DNA of 47,974 nucleotides, taken from the NCBI GenBank assembly GCA_036703375.1, contig DATNPC010000503.1, positions 1 to 47,974 of the forward strand. The letters are read 5' to 3'. The stretch's first letter is position 1. The number at the start of each line of letters is the position of its first letter. Source of the DNA: Allocoleopsis sp. (GTDB taxonomy: Bacteria > Cyanobacteriota > Cyanobacteriia > Cyanobacteriales > Coleofasciculaceae). The notes under the pieces are model-generated. The model was not told the DNA's origin. It did no database searches and saw only the letters and a list, made by a program, of their open reading frames with translations. Of the stretch, positions 19,831 through 29,200 are shown one piece after another. A program made the translations under genes and the position numbers.

Positions 19831-20994
19831 TTAAAGTATACCGACAAAGTGCAGTGGCCCCTGACCGCTAATCAATTCCAACAGCAAAGCAATAAAACCA
19901 ATCATCGCCAGACGACCATTCCAAACTTCTGCTGCTGTTGTCATTCCCCACTCCCATCGCTCTTGGGGATACATCTTGACTGTCTTTTTCGGATGCATCA
20001 CTTCTGAAAGTTGATGCCCAGGGGCGTCAAGAGCTTCAACAACTAACGTTGCTAAAGAATCGATGAAAACTGGATGGCTATTGAGTGCCGGTACGCGCTG
20101 GAAGTTATGAATTCCTGATTCTTCTGCTAGATGTCGATATTCAATATCAATTTCCTCCAGCGTTTCGATGTGTTCCGAAACAAAGCTAATCGGCACCACG
20201 AGTAAATCCTCTACACCTTGAGCACCCAATTCTTGAAGGGCATCCTCCGTGTAGGGTTTAAGCCACTCGACTGGCCCCACGCGACTCTGATAAGCCAGGG
20301 TATGGGGGTTTGGACGGTTGAGGGTTTCTACAATTAGCCTCGTACAATCCTCAATTTCTTGCTGATAGGGGTCACCCGCTTCTGTTACGTAGCTGACAGG
20401 AACTCCGTGAGCGCTGAAGAAGATGTGAACCGAGTCGGGGTTAGGAAACTGGTCGAGTTCCTGGGCAATTAACTGGGCCATCGCTTGCAGATAGCCCGGT
20501 TGTTGATACCAGGAGGGAATAACTGTATGTTCGATCCGCTGTAAACTTGGGTCTTCTTCCCAGAGTTTTTCCAAAAGTCGGAAGCTCGAACCACTGGTAC
20601 TAATAGAAAATTGGGGGTATAGAGGGAGAATTACTAACTGTTCGATCGCATCGCGTTTGATTCGAGCGATCGCTTCCTCTGTAAACGGATGCCAGTAACG
20701 CATCCCTATGTAAACATTGACATCCTGCCCTTTTTGCTGCAAGCATTCTTGCAGGGCTTGCGCTTGCGCTTCTGTAATGCGGCGTAATGGCGATCCCCCA
20801 CCGATTTGCCGGTAGTTTTCTTGCGACTTCTTCGCACGAAGCGTCGAAATCAACCAAGCAAGGGGGCTTTGCAGCCAGGAAAAGGGTAGACGAATAATTT
20901 CAGGATCGGAAAATAAATTATAGAGAAAGGGCCGGACATCCCTTAATTCATCAGGCCCGCCTAAATTTAGTAACAAAACCCCAACACGACCCAT
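19831..20994 (-). CDS. hemH: Ferrochelatase with C-terminal CAB/Hlip-type membrane helix
   Basis: 387 aa. [13 protein letters not shown] start and FSAHGVP motif. The C-terminal [26 protein letters not shown] is the chlorophyll-binding CAB motif typical of cyanobacterial HemH. Confidence 0.96.
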   Translation of the reverse strand: MGRVGVLLLNLGGPDELRDVRPFLYNLFSDPEIIRLPFSWLQSPLAWLISTLRAKKSQENYRQIGGGSPLRRITEAQAQALQECLQQKGQDVNVYIGMRYWHPFTEEAIARIKRDAIEQLVILPLYPQFSISTSGSSFRLLEKLWEEDPSLQRIEHTVIPSWYQQPGYLQAMAQLIAQELDQFPNPDSVHIFFSAHGVPVSYVTEAGDPYQQEIEDCTRLIVETLNRPNPHTLAYQSRVGPVEWLKPYTEDALQELGAQGVEDLLVVPISFVSEHIETLEEIDIEYRHLAEESGIHNFQRVPALNSHPVFIDSLATLVVEALDAPGHQLSEVMHPKKTVKMYPQERWEWGMTTAAEVWNGRLAMIGFIALLLELISGQGPLHFVGIL

Positions 20995-21106
20995 AGCGGT
21001 TACAGCTTCCCAAAACTTTCATATTTGTTACTGATTTTAACAATATATCCCTTTAATGGCTTGAATTCGCAGTTAAGAAACATACATTTTTATCAGGAAT
21101 TGAGTC

Positions 21107-21730
21107 GTGGCAACTATTTTAAGGACTTGGAGCTATCAATACCAGTGGCTGTATGACACGATTTCTCGACTAGCCGCCATTAGTGTAGGCGGGGAAGTGC
21201 AATTTCATCTCTTACCGTTGCAAGGCTTAACAATCGATTCAGAAACTAAGGTATTAGACCTGTGTTGCGGCAGCGGTCAGGCAACCCAATATTTGGTGAA
21301 ATACTCCCAACATGTTACAGGTTTAGATGCCTCCCTATTCTCACTGCAACGAGCCGAGCGAAATGTTCCTCAAGCACAGTACGTAGAAGGGTTGGCCGAA
21401 GAGATGCCGTTACCAAATGCACAATTCGATTTGGTACACAGCAGCGTGGCCATGCATGAAATGTCCCCTTCTGGGCTACAGCAAATTATTAAAGAAGTTT
21501 ATCGGGTACTCAAACCCGGAGGCACATTTGCGATCGTGGATTTTCACAAGCCGACCAATTTCCTATTTTGGCCTGGAGTAGCAGTATTTCTATGGTTATT
21601 TGAGACGCAAACCGCTTGGCAGCTATTGGAAACTGACTTACCGGCATTACTTCAAGACGTGGGGTTTAGGGTGCGTAGACATAGTTTGCATGCAGGCGGA
21701 AGCTTGCAAGTGATACAAGCAGAAAAATGA
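21107..21730 (+). CDS. Class I SAM-dependent methyltransferase
   Basis: 207 aa. Motif I VLDLCCGSGQAT and post-I/II regions (LKPGGTFAIVDF). GTG start. Confidence 0.85.
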   Translation: MATILRTWSYQYQWLYDTISRLAAISVGGEVQFHLLPLQGLTIDSETKVLDLCCGSGQATQYLVKYSQHVTGLDASLFSLQRAERNVPQAQYVEGLAEEMPLPNAQFDLVHSSVAMHEMSPSGLQQIIKEVYRVLKPGGTFAIVDFHKPTNFLFWPGVAVFLWLFETQTAWQLLETDLPALLQDVGFRVRRHSLHAGGSLQVIQAEK

Positions 21731-21789
21731 AAATAGAGATAGGAACGATTTAGCGTTGTTTCAGCCTCTATTTTCCAAATTATGGGTAG

Positions 21790-21854
21790 GGGCGAAGCAT
21801 TTGGGGGACAATCTATTGCTCAAGCCTTGATTTTCCTGCCCAAATGCTTCGCCC
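21790..21854. repeat. Small foldback element: perfect 16-bp inverted repeat with 33-nt loop
   Basis: GGGCGAAGCATTTGGG (21790-21805) pairs with CCCAAATGCTTCGCCC (21839-21854), between the convergent methyltransferase and argJ genes. Confidence 0.75.
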
Positions 21855-21958
21855 TTCCGGGGGAAAAACTATTTCTGTACCTGCGCTCTAGGCTTTCAAA
21901 TTTGCAAGCCAAGCATCTGCTGCTTTTAGTTCAACTCCTTAGGAGAGCCACTATGTTC

Positions 21959-23200
21959 TCAAGTCGTATACTCGGCGTTAATTTTCACGTAGTCATAACT
22001 CAAGTCGCAGCCCCAAGCTATACCAGAACCATGGCCGTTGCCGACACTCACAGAGATTAAAACGGTATCCTCTTTCAAATAAGCACCGGCTGCGGCTTGT
22101 TTGAGGTAATTGCTAGCTGCCGCACGGTCAAACGCTAAAGGTTGACCGTTTTCCATCAGTAGAAAATTTCCTAGCTGAATCCGCAGATTTTCTTGCTCGA
22201 ATGGTACACCGGCACGTCCTGCTGCTCCGGCAATCCTTCCCCAGTTGGGATCGCGACCAAATATAGCGGATTTAACTAACGATGACCCAGCAATGGTTCT
22301 CGCGATTTGACGGGCTGCTTTGTCATCAGGTGCGCCTGTAACTTGTACTTCAATCAAGCAGGTGGCACCTTCTCCATCCCGCGCGATCGCTTTTGCCATG
22401 TACTGGCAAATGGCAGTGAGCATGCCCTCTAACTTTTCGGCTTCTGGCCCCATCTCTGTAATTGCAGCCGTTCGGGATTGACCGTTGGCTAGAGCAATTA
22501 GGGTGTCGTTGGTACTGGTATCGCCATCAACTGTAATTTGGTTGAAGCTTTTATCCGCTGCCCGACTCAACATTTGTTGCCACAGCGAGGTAGAAACAGC
22601 CGCATCGCAGGTGACAAAGGCAAGCAGTGTTGCCATATTGGGATGAATCATGCCAGAACCCTTGCAAATACCACCCATCCGCACGGGGCGATCGTGAATG
22701 GTGGTTTCTAGGGCGATCGCTTTTGTGACCAAATCGGTGGTGATAATGGCTTGTGCTGCTGCATCCGAACCCGTTTCTGATAGCGATGCAACGAGTTGAG
22801 GAATACCGGACAGGAGAGCATCCATGCGAATTCGTTGACCGATGACGCCTGTAGAGGCGAGCAAAATCGAGTCAGCCGAAATGTTTAGTGCTTGACTCAG
22901 AGCTTGAGCGCTGTCTAGGGCGTCTCTCCACCCTTGTTCGCCGGTTGCCGCATTGGCTTGTCCGGCATTAACTAAGATGGCACGGGCACTAGCTTTAGCT
23001 TGCAGGCGCTGGCGGCAATAATCTATCGGGGCAGCACGCACGCAACTGGTGGTGAACACACCCGCCGCGATCGCATCTACCTCTGAGACAATTAACGCTA
23101 AATCCGGAAGTCCTGAAGGTTTCAGACCCGCCGTAATTCCTGCTGCTCGATATCCTCTGGGAGCTGTGACACCACCAGTAATTTCCTGCCAGTCTGACAT
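21959..23200 (-). CDS. argJ: Bifunctional ornithine acetyltransferase / N-acetylglutamate synthase ArgJ
   Basis: ArgJ autoprocessing region GMIHPNMATLLAFVTCDA. I place the start at the ATG at 23200 (MSDWQEITGG) because AGGAGG lies 4-9 nt upstream. The track ORF extends to 23233. Confidence 0.95.
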   Translation of the reverse strand: MSDWQEITGGVTAPRGYRAAGITAGLKPSGLPDLALIVSEVDAIAAGVFTTSCVRAAPIDYCRQRLQAKASARAILVNAGQANAATGEQGWRDALDSAQALSQALNISADSILLASTGVIGQRIRMDALLSGIPQLVASLSETGSDAAAQAIITTDLVTKAIALETTIHDRPVRMGGICKGSGMIHPNMATLLAFVTCDAAVSTSLWQQMLSRAADKSFNQITVDGDTSTNDTLIALANGQSRTAAITEMGPEAEKLEGMLTAICQYMAKAIARDGEGATCLIEVQVTGAPDDKAARQIARTIAGSSLVKSAIFGRDPNWGRIAGAAGRAGVPFEQENLRIQLGNFLLMENGQPLAFDRAAASNYLKQAAAGAYLKEDTVLISVSVGNGHGSGIAWGCDLSYDYVKINAEYTT

Positions 23201-23259
23201 GATGCCTCCTGAAATCCTTGACTCTTGCTTCAATCAGTGACCACTTCTAGCGGTTAGCC

Positions 23260-23280
23260 GTCAGCTATCAGCTATCAGCT
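23260..23280. repeat. Heptamer repeat GTCAGCT ATCAGCT ATCAGCT in the argJ leader
   Basis: Read directly from the sequence. Confidence 0.8.
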
Positions 23281-23357
23281 TTTTTGTTTGCCTGGGAGGG
23301 TGAGCGTCTGACCAATCGATCGCTGGTCAAAAGCTTAACTGTCACTGTTGAGAGGGG

Positions 23358-23366
23358 ATTATACCA
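23358..23366 (-). promoter_or_regulatory. Candidate extended -10 promoter (TGGTATAAT) for argJ
   Basis: The minus strand reads TTGGTATAATCCCC, ~155 nt upstream of the argJ ATG. No clear -35 element. Confidence 0.3.
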
Positions 23367-23410
23367 AGTCTCGGTATGTCATACATCAAGACCGTTGACT
23401 TTCAAAACAT

Positions 23411-23465
23411 AAAAAAAAAGAGAGTCACCTAAGCAACTCTCCCGATCATCAGGGTGCATCTACTT
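23411..23465 (-). ncRNA. Candidate small RNA, copy B (about 55 nt, own -10 box and intrinsic terminator)
   Basis: Minus strand: TATACT (23477-23472) -N7- AGTAGATGCACCCTGATGATCGGGAGAGTTGCTTAGGTGACTCTC-T9. Confidence 0.4.
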
Positions 23466-23540
23466 AGCTCAAGTATAAAGCTCGGGGGTGAGGGGTGTCA
23501 CCCCCTGTCGTAATATTTTTTCCCCGATCGCTCAAAAACC

Positions 23541-23594
23541 AAAAAAAAGGAGAGTCACCTAAGCAACTCTCCGATCATCAGGGTGCATCTACAT
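23541..23594 (-). ncRNA. Candidate small RNA, copy A (about 54 nt), tandem duplicate of 23411-23465
   Basis: Minus strand: TATACT (23605-23600) -N6/8- GTAGATGCACCCTGATGATCGGAGAGTTGCTTAGGTGACTCTCC-T8. The ~50-nt core is near-identical to copy B while the flanks diverge. Confidence 0.4.
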
Positions 23595-23776
23595 ATCAAA
23601 GTATATAGTTCCAGGCATGAAGGGTGTTGCCCCTTATCTTGTTGATTCCGTGAAGTTTACAATTGGCTGTGTCAAGTCAGCGCAAAACTTTGGAATCCCT
23701 ACTTGTATCGAGGATCGAGATGTGATGCACGCATGCCGTTTGAGAGAGTTTGGGGAAGACTTTGGCAGATACTCTC

Positions 23777-25255
23777 CTAAGCATTGAGCTTCTTGCCGAG
23801 GATTTGGTTGGTTAGCTTGGGATCGGCACGCCCACTGGTTTTCTTCATCACCTGCCCAACAAAGAAGCCTTGCAGCTTGGTTTTGCCCGCACGGTACTGC
23901 TCCAGTTCCTTTGGATTTTCGGTAAGTATCTCATCGATAATGGCTTCGAGTTGAGCTGGATCGGAAAGTTGGGTCTTGTCTTTCACGAGCTCCTTAGCAG
24001 AGCCGCCCTTAGTCAGAAGTTCGGGTAAAACTTCCTTAGCAATTTTTCCGCTAATCGTGCCGTCTTCAATCAGCGTGATGAGTTCTGCTAGGGTGTTTGG
24101 TTTGAGGGCAATCTCCGAAATTGCTAATTTCTCATTGTTGAGGTAAGCGGCGATATCTCCCATAATCCAGTTCGCCGCTTGTTTGGCATTCGCACCAGCA
24201 GTAACCGTCGCTTCAAAATACTCCGCTACTTGCCTGTCGTCCGTCAGTACGCGAGCATCATAGGCAGAAAGCCCCAGCTCGTTTTCATAGCGATGGCGTT
24301 TTTGGGCGGGAAGTTCGGCGAGTTCGCTGCGCCATTGCTCCAACTGCTCTTGGGAGACTTCAATCGGTGGTAAATCGGGTTCGGGGAAGTAGCGGTAGTC
24401 GCTAGAACCTTCCTTAACGCGCATGCTAATCGTGCGTTGAGCGCCTTCTTCCCAGAGGCGGGTTTCTTGAATAATGCGTTCTCCAGCTTCAATGGCAGCA
24501 ATTTGGCGATCAATTTCGTATTCGATCGCTTTTTGGATGGCATTGAAGGAGTTCATGTTCTTGATTTCGACTTTCGTGCCGAACTCCTTTTGTCCGACGG
24601 GACGCACGGAAATATTCACATCGCAGCGCAGCGAACCTTCCTGCATGTTGCCGTCGCTGACGCCGATGTAGCGCATAATCCGGCGCAATTCCTGAGCATA
24701 TTCGGCGGCTTCTTGTCCAGAGCGCAAATCCGGTTCCGAGACGATTTCCACGAGCGGCACTCCAGCCCGATTGTAATCGACTAGAGAGTAAGTCGAACCC
24801 GAAAGGCGATCGCTTCCGGCGTGAACCAACTTGCCCGCATCTTCTTCCATGTGGAGGCGAGTGATCCCAATCGTTTTACGAGTTACATTACCCGCCTTGT
24901 CTGCCAGCTCGATCTCCAGCGAACCATGCTCGGCGATGGGCAGGTCATACTGAGAAATCTGATAGTTTTTAGGCAGGTCGGGATAGAAATACTGCTTGCG
25001 GTCAAACTTGCTATACGGTGCAATCTGACAATTCAACGCCAAACCCGCTTTGACAGCATACTCCAGAACCTTTTGATTTAGTACGGGCAACACTCCTGGC
25101 AATCCCATACAAATCGGATCGATATTGGTATTGGGAGGAGCACCGAACTCTGTGGAGGAATAGGAGAAGATTTTGGTTTGGGTACTCAGCTGGCAATGGG
25201 TTTCTAGACCGATAATTGCTTCGTACTGAGTTTTTACCGGTGCAGCAGTTGTCAT
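23777..25255 (-). CDS. gatB: Asp-tRNA(Asn)/Glu-tRNA(Gln) amidotransferase subunit B
   Basis: 492 aa. [13 protein letters not shown] start, [10 protein letters not shown] and CDVNISVRP motifs. Confidence 0.97.
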   Translation of the reverse strand: MTTAAPVKTQYEAIIGLETHCQLSTQTKIFSYSSTEFGAPPNTNIDPICMGLPGVLPVLNQKVLEYAVKAGLALNCQIAPYSKFDRKQYFYPDLPKNYQISQYDLPIAEHGSLEIELADKAGNVTRKTIGITRLHMEEDAGKLVHAGSDRLSGSTYSLVDYNRAGVPLVEIVSEPDLRSGQEAAEYAQELRRIMRYIGVSDGNMQEGSLRCDVNISVRPVGQKEFGTKVEIKNMNSFNAIQKAIEYEIDRQIAAIEAGERIIQETRLWEEGAQRTISMRVKEGSSDYRYFPEPDLPPIEVSQEQLEQWRSELAELPAQKRHRYENELGLSAYDARVLTDDRQVAEYFEATVTAGANAKQAANWIMGDIAAYLNNEKLAISEIALKPNTLAELITLIEDGTISGKIAKEVLPELLTKGGSAKELVKDKTQLSDPAQLEAIIDEILTENPKELEQYRAGKTKLQGFFVGQVMKKTSGRADPKLTNQILGKKLNA

Positions 25256-25460
25256 AGGCGTTTTATGGGCTGTCTTTATTGCAACAGTTATTTACTCTAT
25301 TTTAGCTTTCTGGAGAACCATCACTCCTTTGGCTTCAATTCAATCTCGATGGATACTTTGAGCAGTTCACTCATTGCTATTTTTTTATCTCTATTAATAA
25401 AAAATTCATTTAATGAATTTGGATTATAGCTAATCTATTGGAGTTATAGAAATAACAAAC

Positions 25461-25487
25461 CACAGAGGCACAGAGAACACAGAGAGA
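25461..25487. repeat. Short CACAGAG-type repeat (CACAGAGG CACAGAGAA CACAGAGAG)
   Basis: Read directly, upstream of the 25533 ORF. Confidence 0.7.
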
Positions 25488-25532
25488 AAGTCAAAAGAGA
25501 ATTTTATTAATTATTAAAATGGATAGTAAATC

Positions 25533-26258
25533 ATGAAAAAAGTAGTTTTTACTATTTCTGTATTATTAGGTATTGGGATAGCTGTAGGGTATTATTATTG
25601 GCGACAAGCAACTCAAATCCCTAAGTGGTACACTGCTCAATCTGAGAATACAGCTACCACGATCGCTGGGAGAAATTCTTTAGAGCTAAGTTCTGCTAAA
25701 GCGAGAGCGATCGAGAAAATTAATTCTCGTGTTGAGGAATCATCTAGACGCTCTCCTTCTCAACCTGTAGAAGTTGAACTCAACCCTCAAGACGTTAGCG
25801 AGCTGGTTACAGCCAAAATTGCTGAGAAAGTCAATAACGGTAAAGTTATCCCTCCTGTTTCTGCTATCCGCACGACTATCCAAGATGGAAGAATCGAAAG
25901 TGGCACTGTCGTTAATCTCTCTGAGCTTCCTAAGAATCAATTGGATGAGAATCAAAATGCGGCTATCGAAAAAATAGTCAATACATTCCCTCCGCTCAAA
26001 GATCGAGACGTTTATGTCGGTATCTCAGGGAAACCGTTGGTGGAAAATGGACAATTAGAGTGGGACGATAATACCAAAATCAAGCTGGGAAATTTGTGTT
26101 TGAGTATCAACGAGCTTGCCCAGCGTCTGGGTGTTTCTCCCGAAAAGCTGAAACAAGAACTCAACCTTTCGAGCCAGATAGGAAGATTGAAAGTCAGCGA
26201 TTTGGAATTAAAAAGCGATCGTGTTTTACTCAAAGGGTCTGCGAACAGTGAACGGTGA
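25533..26258 (+). CDS. Membrane-anchored hypothetical protein (AT-rich gene)
   Basis: 241 aa. N-terminal TM helix VVFTISVLLGIGIAVGYYYW and no recognisable domain. Its stop lies 2 bp from the stop of the convergent TIR gene. Confidence 0.6.
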   Translation: MKKVVFTISVLLGIGIAVGYYYWRQATQIPKWYTAQSENTATTIAGRNSLELSSAKARAIEKINSRVEESSRRSPSQPVEVELNPQDVSELVTAKIAEKVNNGKVIPPVSAIRTTIQDGRIESGTVVNLSELPKNQLDENQNAAIEKIVNTFPPLKDRDVYVGISGKPLVENGQLEWDDNTKIKLGNLCLSINELAQRLGVSPEKLKQELNLSSQIGRLKVSDLELKSDRVLLKGSANSER

Positions 26259-26260
26259 GG

Positions 26261-29200
26261 TCAATAATTTTGAGCGCAGAGAGTACGATCGCTTTCTGGG
26301 GCGTTGTACTTAAGATAATCCCTGACGCGATCGCAACCGAGCTTCATTAGATCGTTGAAGTCATTGGGATACACCTTCCAGAGTTTGATCGTCTTATCAA
26401 GACTAGCAGAAGCTATCATCTTGCCATCCGGACTGAAACTCACACTCATGACCGCATCACTATGCCCCTTGAGAGAAGTTATTTCTTTATCTGTCGCCAG
26501 ATTCCAGAGCTTGATGTTGTTGTCAGCATCAGCAGAAGCCGAAGCCAAGGTCTTGCCATCCGGACTGAAACTCACGCTATCAACCCAAAGGCTATGTCCC
26601 GTGAGGGTGGTAATCTCTTTGCTTGTTGCCAGATTCCAAAGTTTGATGGTCTTGTCAACACTAGCAGAAGCCAAGGTCTTACCATCTGGGCTGAAACTCA
26701 CGCTATAGACCCTATACTGATGCCCCTTGAGAGTGGTGAGTTCTTTGCCTGTCGCCACATCCCAGAATTTGATAGTCTTGTCATCACCAGCAGAAGCCAA
26801 AGTCTTGCCATCTGGGCTGAAACTCACGCTCTCAACCCCACTGCTATGCCCCTTGAGAGTGGTAAGTTCTTTGCCTGTCGCCACATCCCAGAGTTTGATG
26901 GTCTTATCCCAACTCGCAGAAGCCAAAGTCTTGCCATCTAGGCTGAAGCTCACGCTCTCGACCCCACTGCTATGCCCCTTGAGAGTGGTGATTTCTTTGC
27001 CTGTCGCCACATCCCAGAGTTTGATGGTCTTATCCCAACTCGCAGAAGCCAAGGTTTTGCCATCCGGGTTGAAACTCACGCTATTGACTGCACTATTATG
27101 ACCTTCCAAATGATTACGCTCTTGCAGGTTGTAAATTGCCTGTTGTAGCGCGTAAGTAGTCTGCTGTAGCGCCTCCTGAGTCTGACTTGGAGCGCCACCT
27201 TGTTCCAACTTGGCATTTTTCAGTTTTTTCCCTGCCTGTAGAGCAGTAACCAGCGAGTCAAGCTGCCGATTGGCAAGAAACAACGCATCAGAGGTGTGAG
27301 TTAGGGCAATGATGTTCTGTTGAGTTGCTTCTCTCGTATTCTTCCGAGCTTCATTGCGTTGAGAAAAGGCAAAGAGAGTCGAGCCACTCAGCACTACTAC
27401 AGAAATACCCAAAACAATCAGTGTTGTTCTCTCCTGCTTAACCCTAGCAGCCGACTCCTGAGCGATTTTTCGTGCCGCTTCCAGTTCGCGCTGTTGTCGT
27501 TCCTCGTCTTGTCGAAGCAAATAATCTCGAAACTCTTGACTCGCAGCAATCAATGCCTTCTGTAACTCTGTCGCCTGGGGTTGTTTGTTTTTTTGCTCTG
27601 CTTCTAGTAACCACTGTTGGGCAATTACTAATTCACTCCCCCGCAACAGCAAGTCAGCACTTTGGCTATTTTCGTTCCATTCAATCGCCCTCTGCAACCA
27701 TTTAGTATGACTGTGAACATGGTCGCGGTCAGTATCGATTGTTCTGACCAATTGGTTAAAATTGGCATTAAAATCCCGCTCATTACCCTCAAAATCAATC
27801 CACTGTACCTTGGCTAACTCCGGATGCAGCTCATCTGAATTCACCTCTCGATGCAGCACCGTCACAAACCGCTTATTTAAACTAGCGGCATACTCCACTT
27901 CATCCGCACAATACGGAGAATTCACCGAACGGGGGGACAGAATAAACAAAAAGTTATCGCAGACTTTAATTCCCTGGCATATCTCCTGGGCAAAATCCGC
28001 TCCCGATGCAATGCTTTCCTGGTCAAACCAGGTGGTCTTTCCCTGTATCTGTAACGCATCATTCAGCTTACGGGCAAAGTCCGAATCAGCACGGGAATAG
28101 GAGATAAATACATCCAATGATATTGCCGGAGGTTGCCGCAGACTTTCATTAATAAATTCTTCAATGAACGGTGTCGGCAGATGCAGCGTTCTCTTGTGTG
28201 CCACCTTCATCCAAGTTTCGGCACTCCGCAAGTTATACCCGCGCAGCAGAATACTCGGATTTTCGTGTTGCCGCTTCCACTTCAGGGCTTTGGTGAGCAA
28301 AATCTTATGCTCGTTATAATAAGCCTCATCCTGATGAAAAATCTTCAACAGTTGACTTTCATCGAGATAGTAATCCTCTTCCTTCACGTTGTCTGTGAGG
28401 TCGATATACTGCAACTCTCGCAGCGCTGATGGCACATGCTCCGGTGGAGTTTCTCGGACTAGCACGGGGATAATCCGCTTGTGCAATGACAACGCTAAAT
28501 CTAATTCTCGGTGACAGTAAGTAGAACGTACTGAATTCGGCGAGAGCAGATAGACCAAATTATCCGCTTGTTCAATCCCGCGATTAATTGCCTCATCAAA
28601 TGCTTCCCCGGTTTGAATATCGGTGGTATTCGTCCAAACCGTAACGCTGTCCCGCCTCAAACTGCGGCGAATCTTCTCCATGGCTGCCCTATCCTCATCA
28701 GCATAGGCAAGGAACACCTGCGTCATCAAGTTATTGGCATTTTTGATACTTTCGGTGATGTATTCGCAATGCAAATCGGTAGGAACACAAGGCGGTTGCT
28801 CGTCTTTAAAGCGTATTTTTAACCAAGCTTCTGCTTCTTGGCGTTCTTCCCCAATTAATAAATAACTATTTTGTTTTTGATGTCGTTCCCACTCCAAGGC
28901 TTTGACTAAAAACCCAGTATGCTGCTCGACATAATCGGCATGACGACGAAATAATTCTATTAATCCCGCAAACGATTGCTCAAAATCATCGATTCCTGCT
29001 CGAAAATACACCCAGTTAATCTGGCGAATTGTCGGGTGCATGTTTTGATAATGGTCGTGTTTACCTTGCCCTTTGTACACGTCCCAATCTTGGGCTGTAC
29101 CACTAGGAAATCTCTGCCGCCAAGTCTCCTGACTAATTTGCTCGACATGCAATAGCGGAATAATCCGTTTATTATGCTTGATTGCCAGCTCAATTTCTCT

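Noticed and set aside
23571-23583. Hammerhead-ribozyme-like CUGAUGA box in the candidate sRNA core (also in copy B)
   Set aside because: The stem after it is followed directly by a U-tract. There is no GAAA box, stem III or cleavage-site context, so the resemblance is coincidental.
26355-27101. Several 117-159-aa plus-strand ORFs with internally repeated sequence
   Set aside because: They are antisense read-through of the 126-bp WD40 repeats. Their periodicity simply mirrors the real minus-strand blades.
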